Part shown: positions 35,901 to 48,521 of the stretch, in pieces
How the letters are laid out: every line of letters begins with the position of its first letter
Numbering within the stretch: position 1 is the first letter of the stretch
Assembly (NCBI GenBank): GCA_964199315.1
Contig: OZ116712.1
Location: 12,090,001 to 12,154,000 of the forward strand
Direction of reading: 5' to 3'
Origin: Orbicella franksi
Lineage: Eukaryota
DNA length: 64,000 nucleotides
Made by a program: the position numbers and the translations under genes
Notes under the pieces: generated by a model
The model's input: only the letters and a program-made list of their open reading frames with translations
What the model was told of the DNA's origin: nothing
Database searches by the model: none

Positions 35901-38900
35901 CTTTTAAATTGTATGGTTTAATCTTTATATCGACAAAACATGTGTTTGTAATTATAATGATTCTGAGGGCTCACTCAATATGAACTATGATAAAAACAAG
36001 CGATATGTGAAATGAATATAAATTTATGTAGTATAGACAAAGCATTATGTAAAAATTGATAACAAGATGGTAATACAAATTAGAAATTAGAACTGAAGCA
36101 GATCATTTTAACAACTGGAACAGACCTCACTAGCCACGTTAGCAGAATTAGCAATGTTTCACTGTCAGCGTGCTAAAACGTCTGTCCAAAAACAAGATCA
36201 TACAATGTAAAGATAAAGAAATCACTTACCAAAAAACATTGGGATATCCATTTGTTCTTCATTAGGAACTTTACGTTTCAACAAGATTAAATAACATGAA
36301 TACCTAAAACGAAATTGGAAAAGGACTTGTGTATAACTAAATACAATCAAATCAAATTCTGGATCAGTTTATGGAGAATGTGAATGTCCACATTAAACAA
36401 ACAGCACTATTTAGCCTTTTTATTCAGTTGTAAGACTTTCTGACATCATAGAACAAGGAGTCGTTTCTGTCAGTAGATCTTGTTCTTCTTTAATTTTAAT
36501 TTGTGTAATCAAATAGGAAGACGCAATAGGAAACATTGCTGTAACCCACATGTTTCACCACGGGTGTTGTCACCCTGTTGCAATATAATAGAAAATGTTG
36601 TTTGAACGTGCAACAGGAATAACAAACATGCGCAACATGTTGTGGGCAATAAGTTGCAATATGTTCCACATATTTAATTGGTCGGGCATTAAAGTCATCT
36701 TTTATTTTTTCAAACTTACAAGAAAGCACCGGCCAGCGCCCACAGAGCTCCAAGACTAATTCCACCTTTTGTGTTTTTGGAGTCAGAGAGTGTAACTAAA
36801 ACTATCCCAGTAATGCTGCAAATGATAAAAACACAATGTCACGAATACACAGTTAAACCTCACCTATACTATTAGACAATAATATTGTAGACATCTTTCA
36901 GTTTCGTGGTCTGCATGCACAAAAACCTTAAAACACAATGAAACTCTACACCGTCACATTTAGACCAGAAAATAAATTTAGGGAAATTCCTCAACATTGG
37001 ATTCCTCTAACCCTACACTATGTGCCATCACAGTCTGCAGTCAGGCTACATGCATAGTTGCTCTTCGAAATGAGTGGAAAACAAAAGTTTTCATTTTGGG
37101 ATGTAATGAACTGGTGAGAACACAAAGCAAAAACATGGTGAAAACACGAGAAGACACAAATGACCATATGGTGATTGCTTTTAGATTTGAATTTGATTGG
37201 TTCTTTGACTAGAGGTGGCATGAGTTGTTTAAATGAGAACATACCAGATGGCTTTACCTTTACTTAAACACAATGATGTTTAAAGCTGAAAGCTTATGGG
37301 GTTGTGTGTACACAAAATCAAAGCTAAAATTACCTAAGCAACGGCAAAGGAAATTCAAGATATCTCTCCACTCTCAATTGAAAACTTTCTAACACAGTAA
37401 AGAAATTAATTATATTACAAGCCCAAAAGCCCATACAAGCATGCACATGATTACTTGTTAATTTTGTAAATTGTCCAAATTAACAAGTAATTTGGAGAGT
37501 TCTGCACTCAGCATTATTGATAAGTATGAGGACTACATGGTTGTCCAATTTAAACATAACTGGATTAAAAAATATCTCTGACAGCCAAATCAGACACAGC
37601 ATAAAATTATGGCCTTGTCCAATTTTGGCTGGGGTCAGAATTTTCCCAACCGATTATTTCCAAAATTGGACTGTGTGTAGTCCTAATAAATAATAACCTC
37701 ATGAGGACAGCAAGTAGTTTTGTAACAGAAAATTTGTCTGAAGTTGAGCTCTGGAAGATGGACGCTAATATGAGTGTAAATAACCCTGTAAATAACAACA
37801 AAAACAACAACAATCAATAGAGGATTTCTCCTTAACTAGTGAGACTATCTCAGATAGTGCAGAGTGCAACTGATAGGTCTGGTACGGTAGTCCGATAAGT
37901 ACTCACCCCTGGTAATCTGCTAGGGCTTTTCTCCTTAGCAGCGTGTATGTTTCAAGGTTGTATTTTCATTCAAGGTCCAAAAATTACATACAATTACTGT
38001 TTATCATGACAGCTTTTAATTTTACCATGGTGTTTAACGATGATTTTCCTTCATTTCAAATTCAATAATACGTTGAACAAACGTGATAATTTAGCTCTTT
38101 GCACCAACTTTGCAACTTGATACTTTTGTTTTCCTCGCAAAGGTATGTAACATGAAACCCTTGTTTTCTCCAGAACACATGGAAAATGTGCTTGGGATAA
38201 ACAAAAGAAACTTAAATATTTGAGGAAGAAATGGAAGAGAAACAATTTAATTTGTTTTTTCTCAAAATGCACCTTTTCTTATCACTGATGAACAAGAACT
38301 AATTTAATTATCAGATAGTCACGGAATACTACTTTCACTTTCTGTTGCCACCTTTGTTGCTAACAATAAAGTAATTCAAAATTAATTCACAACAATATTG
38401 ATTGATACAACTGAGAAGTGTTTCAACGAGAAGTATTGCAGGTAAACAGAGCTACTTGGCCGATATTATCCTACACCGGTGAACGAGTCCCCTCAAAGAC
38501 TGATTAAATTAATTTGCACTTTCATTAGGTGCCACGGAGTCTGCAGCAATATTTGTGCACTTTCCTGGTTTCTTATGTCACAAATTTACAATTTGCAGAA
38601 TATTGAAGCCACTAACTTGGGAACTTTTTGGTCTCTCTTACAGATGCAATTAAGGCAAGAAATAAACAAGCTGCTAAGGAGAAGCTATACATTTCCCCTC
38701 TTTATTTAAACCCTGACAAACATACCATTGTAGTTTGAATACAGCAGATGATATTTATTGAACTGACCTGTGGATACTAAAAAGGGACAAGGGGTGCTAC
38801 CGGTCTGACATCACATGACATATAAAAAACCGCATGGAAACATAGTATAACACTAACGATGCTATAACGAATGCCTCTTTCATGTTGGGTTCTACCATAA

Positions 38901-41900
38901 GGAAAACCACTCAACATTTGTGTGTGATCCTGTATGCAATGTATCCTCCACCTAATGTATAGAGGACACAAACGCTAACTAATCTGTGCATGTGTTTAGA
39001 GCAAATTGGTTTGCTCTAAAGAGAATAGTACAGTACCACAAGGAGAGCAGAAGGTTACTTAACACAAATATATAGCTTTGCAATGTTCACACCTAACTGA
39101 CGTAGATGGAACATGCTTTACGTAGGGTACACATGTACCTTTCCCACCTCACCCCCACCACTTCCTTGCCTGAGCTAGACTAATTAATTGATAATTGAAA
39201 TTGATTAATTAAACAAACATTACAAAGTTTACACCATAGTGCCATAGGGCCATAGCCCCTTAGTACCTTAGCGGCAGGCAGCCCCCAAAACCATACCAAT
39301 AGTGCACTCTGCACTTAAAAATCAGTACACTGTCAAGCAAACAGATGATGCAAATAAATAAAAGCAGTAGCCTGAGGATACTGCCTTAAAGTACATGTAC
39401 CACCCAAATTTTCCAAACCTAGCCAGGTAACAGTAAAATAGATGCACTAGTAATTACCTGATGATGAGGACAAAATATTAACTGCCGCTGGCGATGTCCT
39501 TGAAATGGCCTCCTGATAGCTGCAGTTGCCACAAAAAAACTGTACAGAAAAATTAAACCCATTAGTTTGAAGGCATATGATATAGAATTTACAGCTTTCC
39601 ATCCAAAACCAAAGTACCTATAACATGAACCCAGTGAACTACTGAAATTCAGAAGAAAAAATATGAAAATGATGCCAAGTTGTGTCCAATTTATGTGGGT
39701 CCTTTTTCCTCTTTAGGTCTTTAGGACCCTTGAGTTTTGGGTCCTAGAATGCTTTGGTCTCTGGGTGCCTGAGTATTTTGGAAATTAGGTTTCTAGGTTG
39801 CTTTGGTCTTTGGGTCTTTTTTTCTCTGGGTTCCTGGGCCCTTGGACAACCGGTCAAGTTCCCATTAAAAGCTGCTTAACTATAAACATGGTGCAAAATT
39901 GGTTCTTCTATAAAGATCTTCTACTGAGATTTATTGACTAGTCAGAGCATTTGTACATTACACCCCAAGTGAACCAGCTTACACATATTTGAGCCACACA
40001 TGTAACATTGAGGATCTTAGTTTAATTCTATATTACTGTCAGCTACATTTCATTTGTAACAGTCCTTCATTTGCTCACTCACCAAGAAACAAAACATCAC
40101 TGCAATTTTAGCCACTTGCATAAGAGGCAACTTCTGACCCAGTTCACTAGGTTGATATGGACATCTGGCTAACCTTGCTTGTTCACTGTTATGGTCTGGA
40201 AATGGAAAATACCGATATTAGTATTGAATGATATCATTCAATTAAATGGAGAACAACACATGGGTATGTAGAAATAATAGTGAACTTCTCTTTGAAATTA
40301 TATTTATGAACATGAGTACATCACTTTGCTTCTGTCGTGTCTCCAGCCAAAACCAATAAACAGAGAGAAGAAAAGTTTGATACAGAAGAACCAATGCATG
40401 CCTTGTCCCTAGATTTTGTGGAACCATTTTTTGTATCACTTTTTCCACTTTTTGTTCAACCCAGCTAGAGGAAAATATGAACTGCTCATGCTTCACCAGG
40501 CAGTCCTGGAAACAGTCCATGTTAAAGGAGGTAGAGTCAGTGGTGAGTGGGCTCCTCTTGAAGCAGGGGTGGGGGTGAAGTGCAAAATATTAGCAAAGAA
40601 CAGGGGGTGCATTGGAGGGTACTGGCTGATGTCCTAACCTTCCCCAGGGGTGTAAAGGATTGATGGTGATGAACACCAGACGGAGTGTATTTTTACCATA
40701 CTGAACTGGTTGTAAATTCACATACAGTCATTGCAAGCTACTAGGCACTGTGTTTGAGCCTAGTGGCCCATCAGGCCAACACTTATCTCCAGGTTTTTGT
40801 AGCATAAAGTTACAAGATTACTCCGGACTTTCAAGTGTCATCAATTCTGGGTATATTTATTTCCACAGTAGCCTCATCAAATTTATTTTTCAAACCTTGG
40901 TTGAAGAAAATAACATACATTGTACTGTCTGGCAAGCCTAGTCTACTGGAATCATTTTGTGATCATAAAAAACCACCATATGATAATTCAACAACAGTCA
41001 CCTGATAACTGCCGCACCTCTCTTACACTGCTAAATGTAACTTTTCTTGGTCCTAGATTATTGATAAAAATTAATACAAATGTATCACTACTTGTGAAAC
41101 ACAGACCAAGACAAGACCCTCAAAAAATATATATATATTAAAAGTAGTTGTCATTAGATGAAGTCAAGGGAAATGTACTGGGCTTATTATTGTGATCTAT
41201 CAGTTTTACCACATACATTTATCAGTAACAAATCAGGAACATCTCTGCTTTTAAAATAAATAAATAATTGAAATACAATGTTTAGAGAGGAAGCCACATT
41301 TAGCCTTAGATGGTTTTCATGTGGCTCCTCTATCCTGGTTGAATTGGAATTTGGAAATTTTAGTTTTTGTGAAGGGTTGAAAACTGGAGTAATGGGAAAA
41401 ACCCTCAGAGCAAAGCAAACACCAGATAAAAAACTCATCCCACATAGGGCACCGAGCTAGAATTGCTGTGAGTGCAGACGCCTATTATAACGGGCATCTT
41501 GTATAAATGGTCACACAGTATAAAATCTGTGATACTTGGAGGCAAAAGAATGCAGCTGCCTCCAAAACAAAGTGATTTTCACATTCTCATCCCCAGAGGC
41601 CATGCTCCTTTTGGTCGGCACCAAGAATTGTGACCTCTGGTCTGGTCCAATGCTGGAAATCCGCAATTCACAGACTTCCCATTAAATCTGACAAATCTGA
41701 TCAGCTAAGAACACAAAACAAATACTCTGCGTGTGCACAGAAAATCGGGTCTGGCCAGAGGTCGCGATTCTTGGTGTTGAACAAAAGAAGCACGGCCTCT
41801 GGGGAAAAGAATGGATGTCCCACAGATGCATTAATAACAAGCGAGCTATATAACATGATGGTAGAGTTTGTAACATGTAACATTGTGATCCAAAATGTCC

Positions 41901-42625
41901 AAGCCACAAATGAAAACATTTTGGTATAAAAGAATAACGAGAGGATTGCTTACACTACACAAAAAGAATAACACTGTTTGAATTAATGGACATTCAGATT
42001 TTCAAAACTAAATTAAAGGAGACCAGACCCAAATTTGAACCTTACATCACACTTTGATAGAATTCACAAGAAAGCAGCAGGCAGAGCTAACCTCTTAAGG
42101 TCAATCCATTCATCGATCAACCAAAAATGTGCTGAAACAATCTATAAAATGATGATATTGCCCATTTTTACATACTGGGGATCACTTGGTCTTGCTTGGT
42201 CAGACACCCGAAAAAGTTTGATAAATAACATTGAAAAATGAAGTTTGAAAATTATTGGTAACAGCAATCTAAAACTACCATCAGCAGAGACCTTAATTCA
42301 GCACAAAAGCAGTCAGTTTGAACACAAGGAACAATGGTTTATTGGTGAAACTATCTAAAGTTTACCTTGATTTGGGAAGAAGAGCTTTCACTATCAAGGA
42401 GCCACGATTTTTAACAAACTACCAATGGAAAATTTTTAGATCCACAACTTCAAGATTTCTATTTAGCAAAAGCTTACAATGTAAGTGAACATTTTCACTA
42501 ATTTTGTATGCCTTTTTTACCTGTTTTTACCTTTTTTACCATATTTTCACTATAGTTTCTTTTACAGGACCCCTGTGATAACAGTGTTTAATACACTGCT
42601 GGGCCATCCTATTAAAATATTTCTC

Positions 42626-42657
<32 letters not shown>

Positions 42658-45600
42658 TATTATTATTATTATAATTATTATAATTATTATTATTATTATT
42701 ATTATTACTATTGTTGTCGTTATTATTTATTTGTTACTTGGTACACAAATGAGACATCAAATAGCCAGGGATACGTACAATGTAATGTTTGTGACCTACT
42801 TTGAATTATTTCAAAGGAACCACTTTCAACATCAACTGGCTGACTGTTGGATAGCTCGTCATCTGTAACTCGCTCAAATGCTGACTCGTGCTGTAGTTTA
42901 AATTGAAAGGAAAGATTGTAAACAAATCAATAGTTGTGGTGGCTTCGTGGAGGCTTGAATTTACCTGGAAAACATCTTTTAAGTTTGAAAGAAATCGTAA
43001 GTGTTAATTTTCAAACTATTTTCCCCTCATACATAATTACAGTAACGACTTGTCAAGCTGATGGCAAATAACAATAATAAAATTAATTAATAATAAAATT
43101 TATAACAGTACTTTAATAAATAATTTATAACATCAATCCAATCATTAGGGATTATCGTCATAAATAAATGTACTGCCAAATTCTTGGCGCAAACCAGGGC
43201 TCAGAAAAAGTGCCATCTGGTTGACCCAGTGAATAACTGTTCAGTCTCACTTGCCCAATGGCCAAGGGCCCAGGCAAATTGTCTGCCAACTAAATAACAA
43301 AAAAAGTAAACTAAGACTTGCCCAGGGCAAGCAAAATTTGAGAGCTGCTTGTCTGGAGGGCAAGCTAGAATTCAAGGTGTTTTTTTGAGCCCTGCAAACA
43401 TTTTAAAGAAATGAAGCAATTATGTACTATTACACTTGTCTAATTGCTCAAAATAACTAATTAAAATAATTAATTATTTTAAGCACTAAGTGAAGGTATA
43501 ACAAATCAGTCAGACAACTTCCTTTATTTGTGGCATCTTCAGAACATCATTATCAATGCTTGTAACATCTTAAGTTTAGTCACCTCCAGTTTAAACTCCC
43601 TTGAGTTTGACTATGTCAAACTGGTGTTCTTCTGAGATTAGGTAACCTCACTCTGATAACAGCTAAATTACACATTGTCAAATTTGCTATACTACCTCAT
43701 CTCACATGCTGTCAGACTGTCTGGCATTGTTGTTGTTCTTCTGATGCCAGAAAACTAGAACAAATTCTGTAAGAACGAGCACTATGTGATGTTCACTGTG
43801 ACCATAAATCGGCGTATGAGGAACTCTTGCAAAGAGCGCAACTACCAACACTTCATATGCGACGACCGCAAACCTCAAGGTCTGGCGCCTCCTTACATTG
43901 CGGATGTATTTGTTGTTACCAATTCTAAGTATCATCTTAGAAATTCTGATTTCCCCATACCCACCTTCACATAGCCTGACTTATTTAGGCCCTGTCATTA
44001 GGTCCAAACTCTACAAATCTATTTGATTGTCTGAATCATTGGCAGTGTTTCCGCCGGTCTGCGCCATTGCGGGAATCCTGTGTTGGAATCAGAGATGGCC
44101 CCCAGAAAAATGAAAAAAGGGCCAATTTGGCCCTTTCTTTTTGCAGGGCTGCAGGCTTAACACAGGCATAGTATTTTAAAAGCCATCCCAGGGCTCTAAA
44201 TTGTGACCATATCAGTCGCCAATGCAACTAACATTTCAGCCTTGACGACCAAAAATTCAGGTTTAGTCCCCATAATGGTGACTACATTTCTCTGTGTTGA
44301 CAATCAACAACAGTTATTTTGTCACACATAATGTCCATCTAGAAAATCATACTGAAAACATTCAACATTCAACATTCTAAAACATTCAACATAAGAAAAG
44401 AAGCCAATCTGTCCTTTTGCTTTGCTGTGCCATTTGCTGTATTGATTCTCTCATATCGGAAAACTTCCAAATGGCTGACCATGTTAAAAAAAAGCCCTAT
44501 AATGCATTGCAAACCCTTGATCATTGACTACGTCATGTACGCCTAAGGATTGTTCTCTTGTAATGCACGGATCCTTCATACTGGTATCTGATTCAAAAGA
44601 AACTTTATAGAGTAAAAATACTTTAAAAAGCACTTACTATTAAATTTTATCATAGATCCTAATAAGCAGCTTTATTTTTCTTGGTACCCTGATGTATTTT
44701 TTCCTTCTGTGGCTTTCAATTTATTGGCCCCTTTCCTAAAAAATTGGCCCCTAAAAAAGATCTTCAGGGGCTAATTTAGCCCTCAAGTAAAATTTTCTGG
44801 CTGAAACACTGCATTGGACACTTTTAAAAAGCGCATCAAATTGGTTAATTTTGCAAGCCTGCTGGGCAATACTTGTAAAGACTTTTTTATGTAACAACCA
44901 ACAATTGATTTTATTGCATGACTGATTGTTTGTTTTAAAAATTTTTCCATAGTTACATATGTACATATATTTCAAATTTTATTAATTATTAGATAAGTAA
45001 AATATTGTAGATCTTTAAGTGTCCCCAATTAGTGTACATTGTATGCTAGCAACTTTGACACAATAATAAAAGTTCTTATCTTATCTTTACCCAAAACATG
45101 ACAAGCATGACCATTTGAACACATTCCAAATTTTCCTGACTGGTCTCCATCGAAACACAATTTCTTATGTTATACCAAAAAGATAATGCAGTTAAAGAAA
45201 AGTGTGTTACCATAAGTGGAGAGGGGACTGGTGAGGATTCTCTTGAAGAGCTTGGCGAATGCAAAAGTGATGAATTTTCTCCGGCTTGGTGTACTGAAAC
45301 TGTTACCTGGGAGAAAATAATGAATTCAAAATGATTACTAGTGATGTGCTATAAACTTCAAATTAATTCCAGTGGAATACTGACTTCTCAAACCTTCGAT
45401 TTTTCAACCCTCCCAATAACTGGAACCAAAAAATGCTTCCCTACCCCCTATCAAACACTATGATTTACCTGTGTTTTCTCAAACTACCTGATTTTTCAAA
45501 CCAATTTTCATTTCCCCATGAAAGTTAAAAAAATTGTGATTCCAATGTATTTTTATTTTACAACAAAGAAAATGGCGAAAGCAAGAAGTAAGGTTCAGTT

Positions 45601-46925
45601 AAATAATCAATAAGACAGACTGTCTGCTGACAATGTTAAATATGTCCTTCCTATCACATCCAAGCTTGACCATGTCATGAAAAATCATGACCAAAATGGG
45701 TAACAAACATCCTATGATTTGTCATTAATCATTGAAGTTTGGCAGATGCAATATGAACTTTCCCAATATAGATTTATCAAGTTCTGAAAATGTTTTCAAT
45801 AAGATTGGATGAAACTTCAAAGAAGAGGTTCCCTTGAGAAGGAAAGTCCTGTTTTGAAGATTCATCCAACGTTTTGTGAAAAAATATCTCAACTAAAAAA
45901 AATGATATATCGATAGTGTCCTTCTTCTTTAGGTAAGAACCGTTGTGTTATGGCCTGCTTATCCTCAAATGATTGATGACAAACCATACCCATTTACATC
46001 ATCTTTTTTCATGACTTGCTCCCGCTTAAATGTAACCCATGGTAAATAATCTAAAATTTCTCTATATATTGAATGCCAGAAACACAGATAGTTTTATTAG
46101 AAGTTTCTTGTAAATTATGTATCGCCACAATTTGATTAAGGAAGCAAGATTAAAAATAATTGATGGAGAAACAAAAAAATAAAGTAATATCCCTAAGTCC
46201 TTTTGTCCACTTTACCTTAGAAGATGTTTGATTCATGGACTGTATGCAAAGTAATCTCCAAGGTTCATAAAATATAAATCCAGTCAAGTAGATCATAAAA
46301 GAAGATGTCTTCACGTATGTCGTAAAGAAAGGCTTGTTAAATCCTTCATCTTTGAATATAAACTTAAATGGTAGTAGGAAAAAAATAAATCAAAGTTAAA
46401 GCTGAAATAAGAGTATATGTTTGATATATCAAAATTCTCACATGACACTGAGGCTTTCTACCAAAGTCTCTAATGGGAATTATTAGCAGAAGAATTTGAG
46501 GAAATCTGCAATTTTGGACAGAAAGCATCCATGCTCTTTTCATACGGGAGTTCTTCTACCGCGGCGAGGGGGGTGGGGTTGGGGTTGGGGTTGGGGGAGC
46601 CCCTGGAATATATCAAATTTCCGATTTTGAACTATTTTTGCCTTGCATTGGAAAGTAATCAGAATTTCTCTGTATGCAATTTCCTGACCTACCCGGCGGT
46701 CTCTCCTCGTTATTAATTAATCAAAGCTGGTAAAAGCATCAGTAAACAGAAGTTTCTTACATCAGTCAGCTCAGCGGAGCCGACCCAAATCACATCCACC
46801 AAGAGTAGAACTATTAACCCCCACACCAAACGACGTTTACGACGAATTCCTTCCTCATCTGAAACTATGAAACAGACTGCTTTCATCCAAATCGAGCGAG
46901 CACATCGGCAATAGTTTGCAGCCAT
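32979..46925 (-). CDS. SLC35F5: Solute carrier family 35 member F5-like (DMT/EamA transporter), 14 coding exons, ~499 aa
   Basis: Exons 46925-46761, 46362-46216, 45306-45211, 42890-42800, 41052-41002, 40195-40083, 39539-39458, 37785-37698, 36815-36720, 36303-36230, 34816-34654, 34521-34431, 33938-33790, 33072-32979; all GT-AG and phase-consistent. Motifs LLLVDVIWVGSAELT, NKPFFTTYVK, VNILSSSSGLFTLILA, MDIPMFFG, GTVLSEVLWLWGCYLTSSL, WDPILVG. Start codon uncertain. Confidence 0.9.
34037..34344 (+). mobile_element. Full-length tRNA-derived SINE (308 bp), antisense in an SLC35F5 intron
   Basis: A box TGGCCTTATGGTTAG, degenerate B box GGTTTCAGTCC, core GTGTTCTTGGGCAAGACACTTTACTCTCACAGTGC; 11-bp TSD ATAAGTAGTCA at 34026-34036 and 34345-34355. 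Confidence 0.85.
34895..35135. mobile_element. 241-bp foldback MITE with 88-bp near-perfect TIRs
   Basis: 34895-34982 is the reverse complement of 35048-35135 with one mismatch seen. Confidence 0.88.
35198..35660. mobile_element. Tc1/mariner (pogo-like) MITE
   Basis: TA|CAGTGAAACCTGT ... ACAGGTTTCACTG|TA. Confidence 0.75.
42030..42625 (+). mobile_element. 3' fragment of a CR1/L2-clade LINE
   Basis: LNLTSHFDRIHKKAAGRANLLRSI...AETIYKMMILPIFTY resembles the post-RT region of CR1/L2 ORF2; has stops and is followed by a microsatellite tail. Confidence 0.65.
42626..42706. repeat. (ATA)n/(ATT)n microsatellite
   Basis: Directly visible trinucleotide array in two orientations. Confidence 0.95.
43195..43394. 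mobile_element. hAT-like MITE with 5-bp TSD
   Basis: TIR CAGGGCTCA(G)AAAAA / TTTTTTGAGCCCTG; CAAAC at 43190-43194 and 43395-43399. Confidence 0.78.
43738..43975 (+). mobile_element. 3' fragment of a CR1/L2-clade LINE
   Basis: KLEQIL*ERAL...SAYEELLQRAQLPTLHMRR, then GLAPPYIADVF...YHLRNSDF, typical of the LINE ORF2 C-terminus. Confidence 0.6.
44043..44811. mobile_element. hAT-like non-autonomous element with 6-bp TSD
   Basis: TIR CAGTGTTTCCGCC / GGCTGAAACACTG; CATTGG at 44037-44042 and 44812-44817. Contains a nested orphan CAGGGCTCTAAA end at ~44189. Confidence 0.75.
46568..46597 (+). other. Potential G-quadruplex (GGGGTT)n in SLC35F5 intron 1
   Basis: GGGGGGTGGGGTTGGGGTTGGGGTTGGGGG: five G-runs with 1-2 nt loops. 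Confidence 0.5.
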
Positions 46926-48521
46926 GAAGATTACGTAATTTAGTGTCACCCAGATCACACCAGCACCATGTGATGGAAGACCATGACTGAATTAAGTGAA
47001 TCAGCAGGATCCAGAGTCCATGTCATGAAATGTTTTGCATCATTGTATGTTCACTGTATGGTTGAAGAAAATTAAAATTAATATCACTATTAACTTTTCC
47101 AAAACCGTAAAACCTAAAATCGTACTGAAAAACAGTGAAAATGCGAGATACTTTCCACTAACTTCATCAACATCTGTTCCTCTATTTTAGAGTCCATTTT
47201 GGTTATTTTGGGAAACGCTGACCAAACATTTTCTCAACGCAGGTTCACATCGCACAAGCAATGCGCGTGGGTGCGCGTGGATATAAGCGTGGACACGTCG
47301 TCTGCCTAGAGCGTACATATACGGGTCGTCTCTATTATTTCGATCTGGTATAAGAATATCACCAGCTTTTAAAATAGCGCTGAGGTATTAGGTAACATTG
47401 AAATATTCATCTAAAAATTAGTTAAGAGAATCAGACTTTTGAGCTGGGGTCATTTCAAAGTATCTGTAGAATTATTTTTCGCATCCCTTGAATTGAGTTA
47501 AGCAGGTGTTAATTAAAAAAGAAACTCACTTGCAGAATAACTTCTGGATTTTACAGAATTTTGAAAACCTAAACGAGCTAACAGTTTTTTTTCTAGCGAC
47601 GTTTCAGTCGTAAGTGGCTAGTTTCTCTTCTTAGTAAACCTTAATCGTTGATAAGTTATGTAACCTATCTTTGAACGTTCTGAGAACAGTACTTTTTCTT
47701 TTGTTTTTCTCAGTTTCCTAATTCAAGCAATTTTCAAATGAGTTGATATTAAAATGGTGTTGAAACTTCCGCCCGTTTCGTAAAGATGAGCTAAGACGGG
47801 GATGAATGCTCTGTTTTCACGGCAGGTTTTCTAGCCTTTTTGTCAAAAAATTAAATTTCCGAATTTAAAAGTCCTAATGCCCTCATTCATCTCAAACAGC
47901 TTTGATAATTGAAGGAAAAATATTTCTCACATTGCAAAACTGGAACATGCTTTGTAGTGAAATTCTCCTTACTAGAGTTTGTATTAGAGTGCTATTCCCA
48001 TTCTTGTCGTTTTGATGTGAATTTTCATATTCCCTTTAGCGAAAAACACATTGTTAGAATACTTAAATATTACAAAAAAACAACAAAAAAATTGGAATAA
48101 CATCATAAACAGACTAAAGGTCACGAAACTTCCATCGCTGTATCTAGTCGAAATACATTAGCAACCACATGGCGGGATAGTACAATCATTGATCAGATGT
48201 CTCGAGTAAAGGTCGCAAGATAACGTGACTGTAGAAAAAAACATTGCAGAACTGAAAAGTAAAGCGAAAAAACGGCTATACGATTATATTGCCGATTTAT
48301 TTGGCCACTTGATTAGATAAGAAAAAGAAAATTCGATTCAGATTATCAACACCATCAAATCCGAATAATACAAACTGATACTAAGGGGAGACGGGACGAA
48401 TTTTTTTGCTTGCCTCGACGTCATGCATTCAAGTAGTTTACGACGCCAAAGGTCCACTTTTCTTGTCTTCTCTTTGGTCGAGCTGAAAATTATGTTGATA
48501 TTTATTATATAGCGTGACACA

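Noticed and set aside
42485-42868. 127-aa ORF with a poly-Ile tract
   Set aside because: Artefact of the (ATA)n/(ATT)n microsatellite at a LINE tail.
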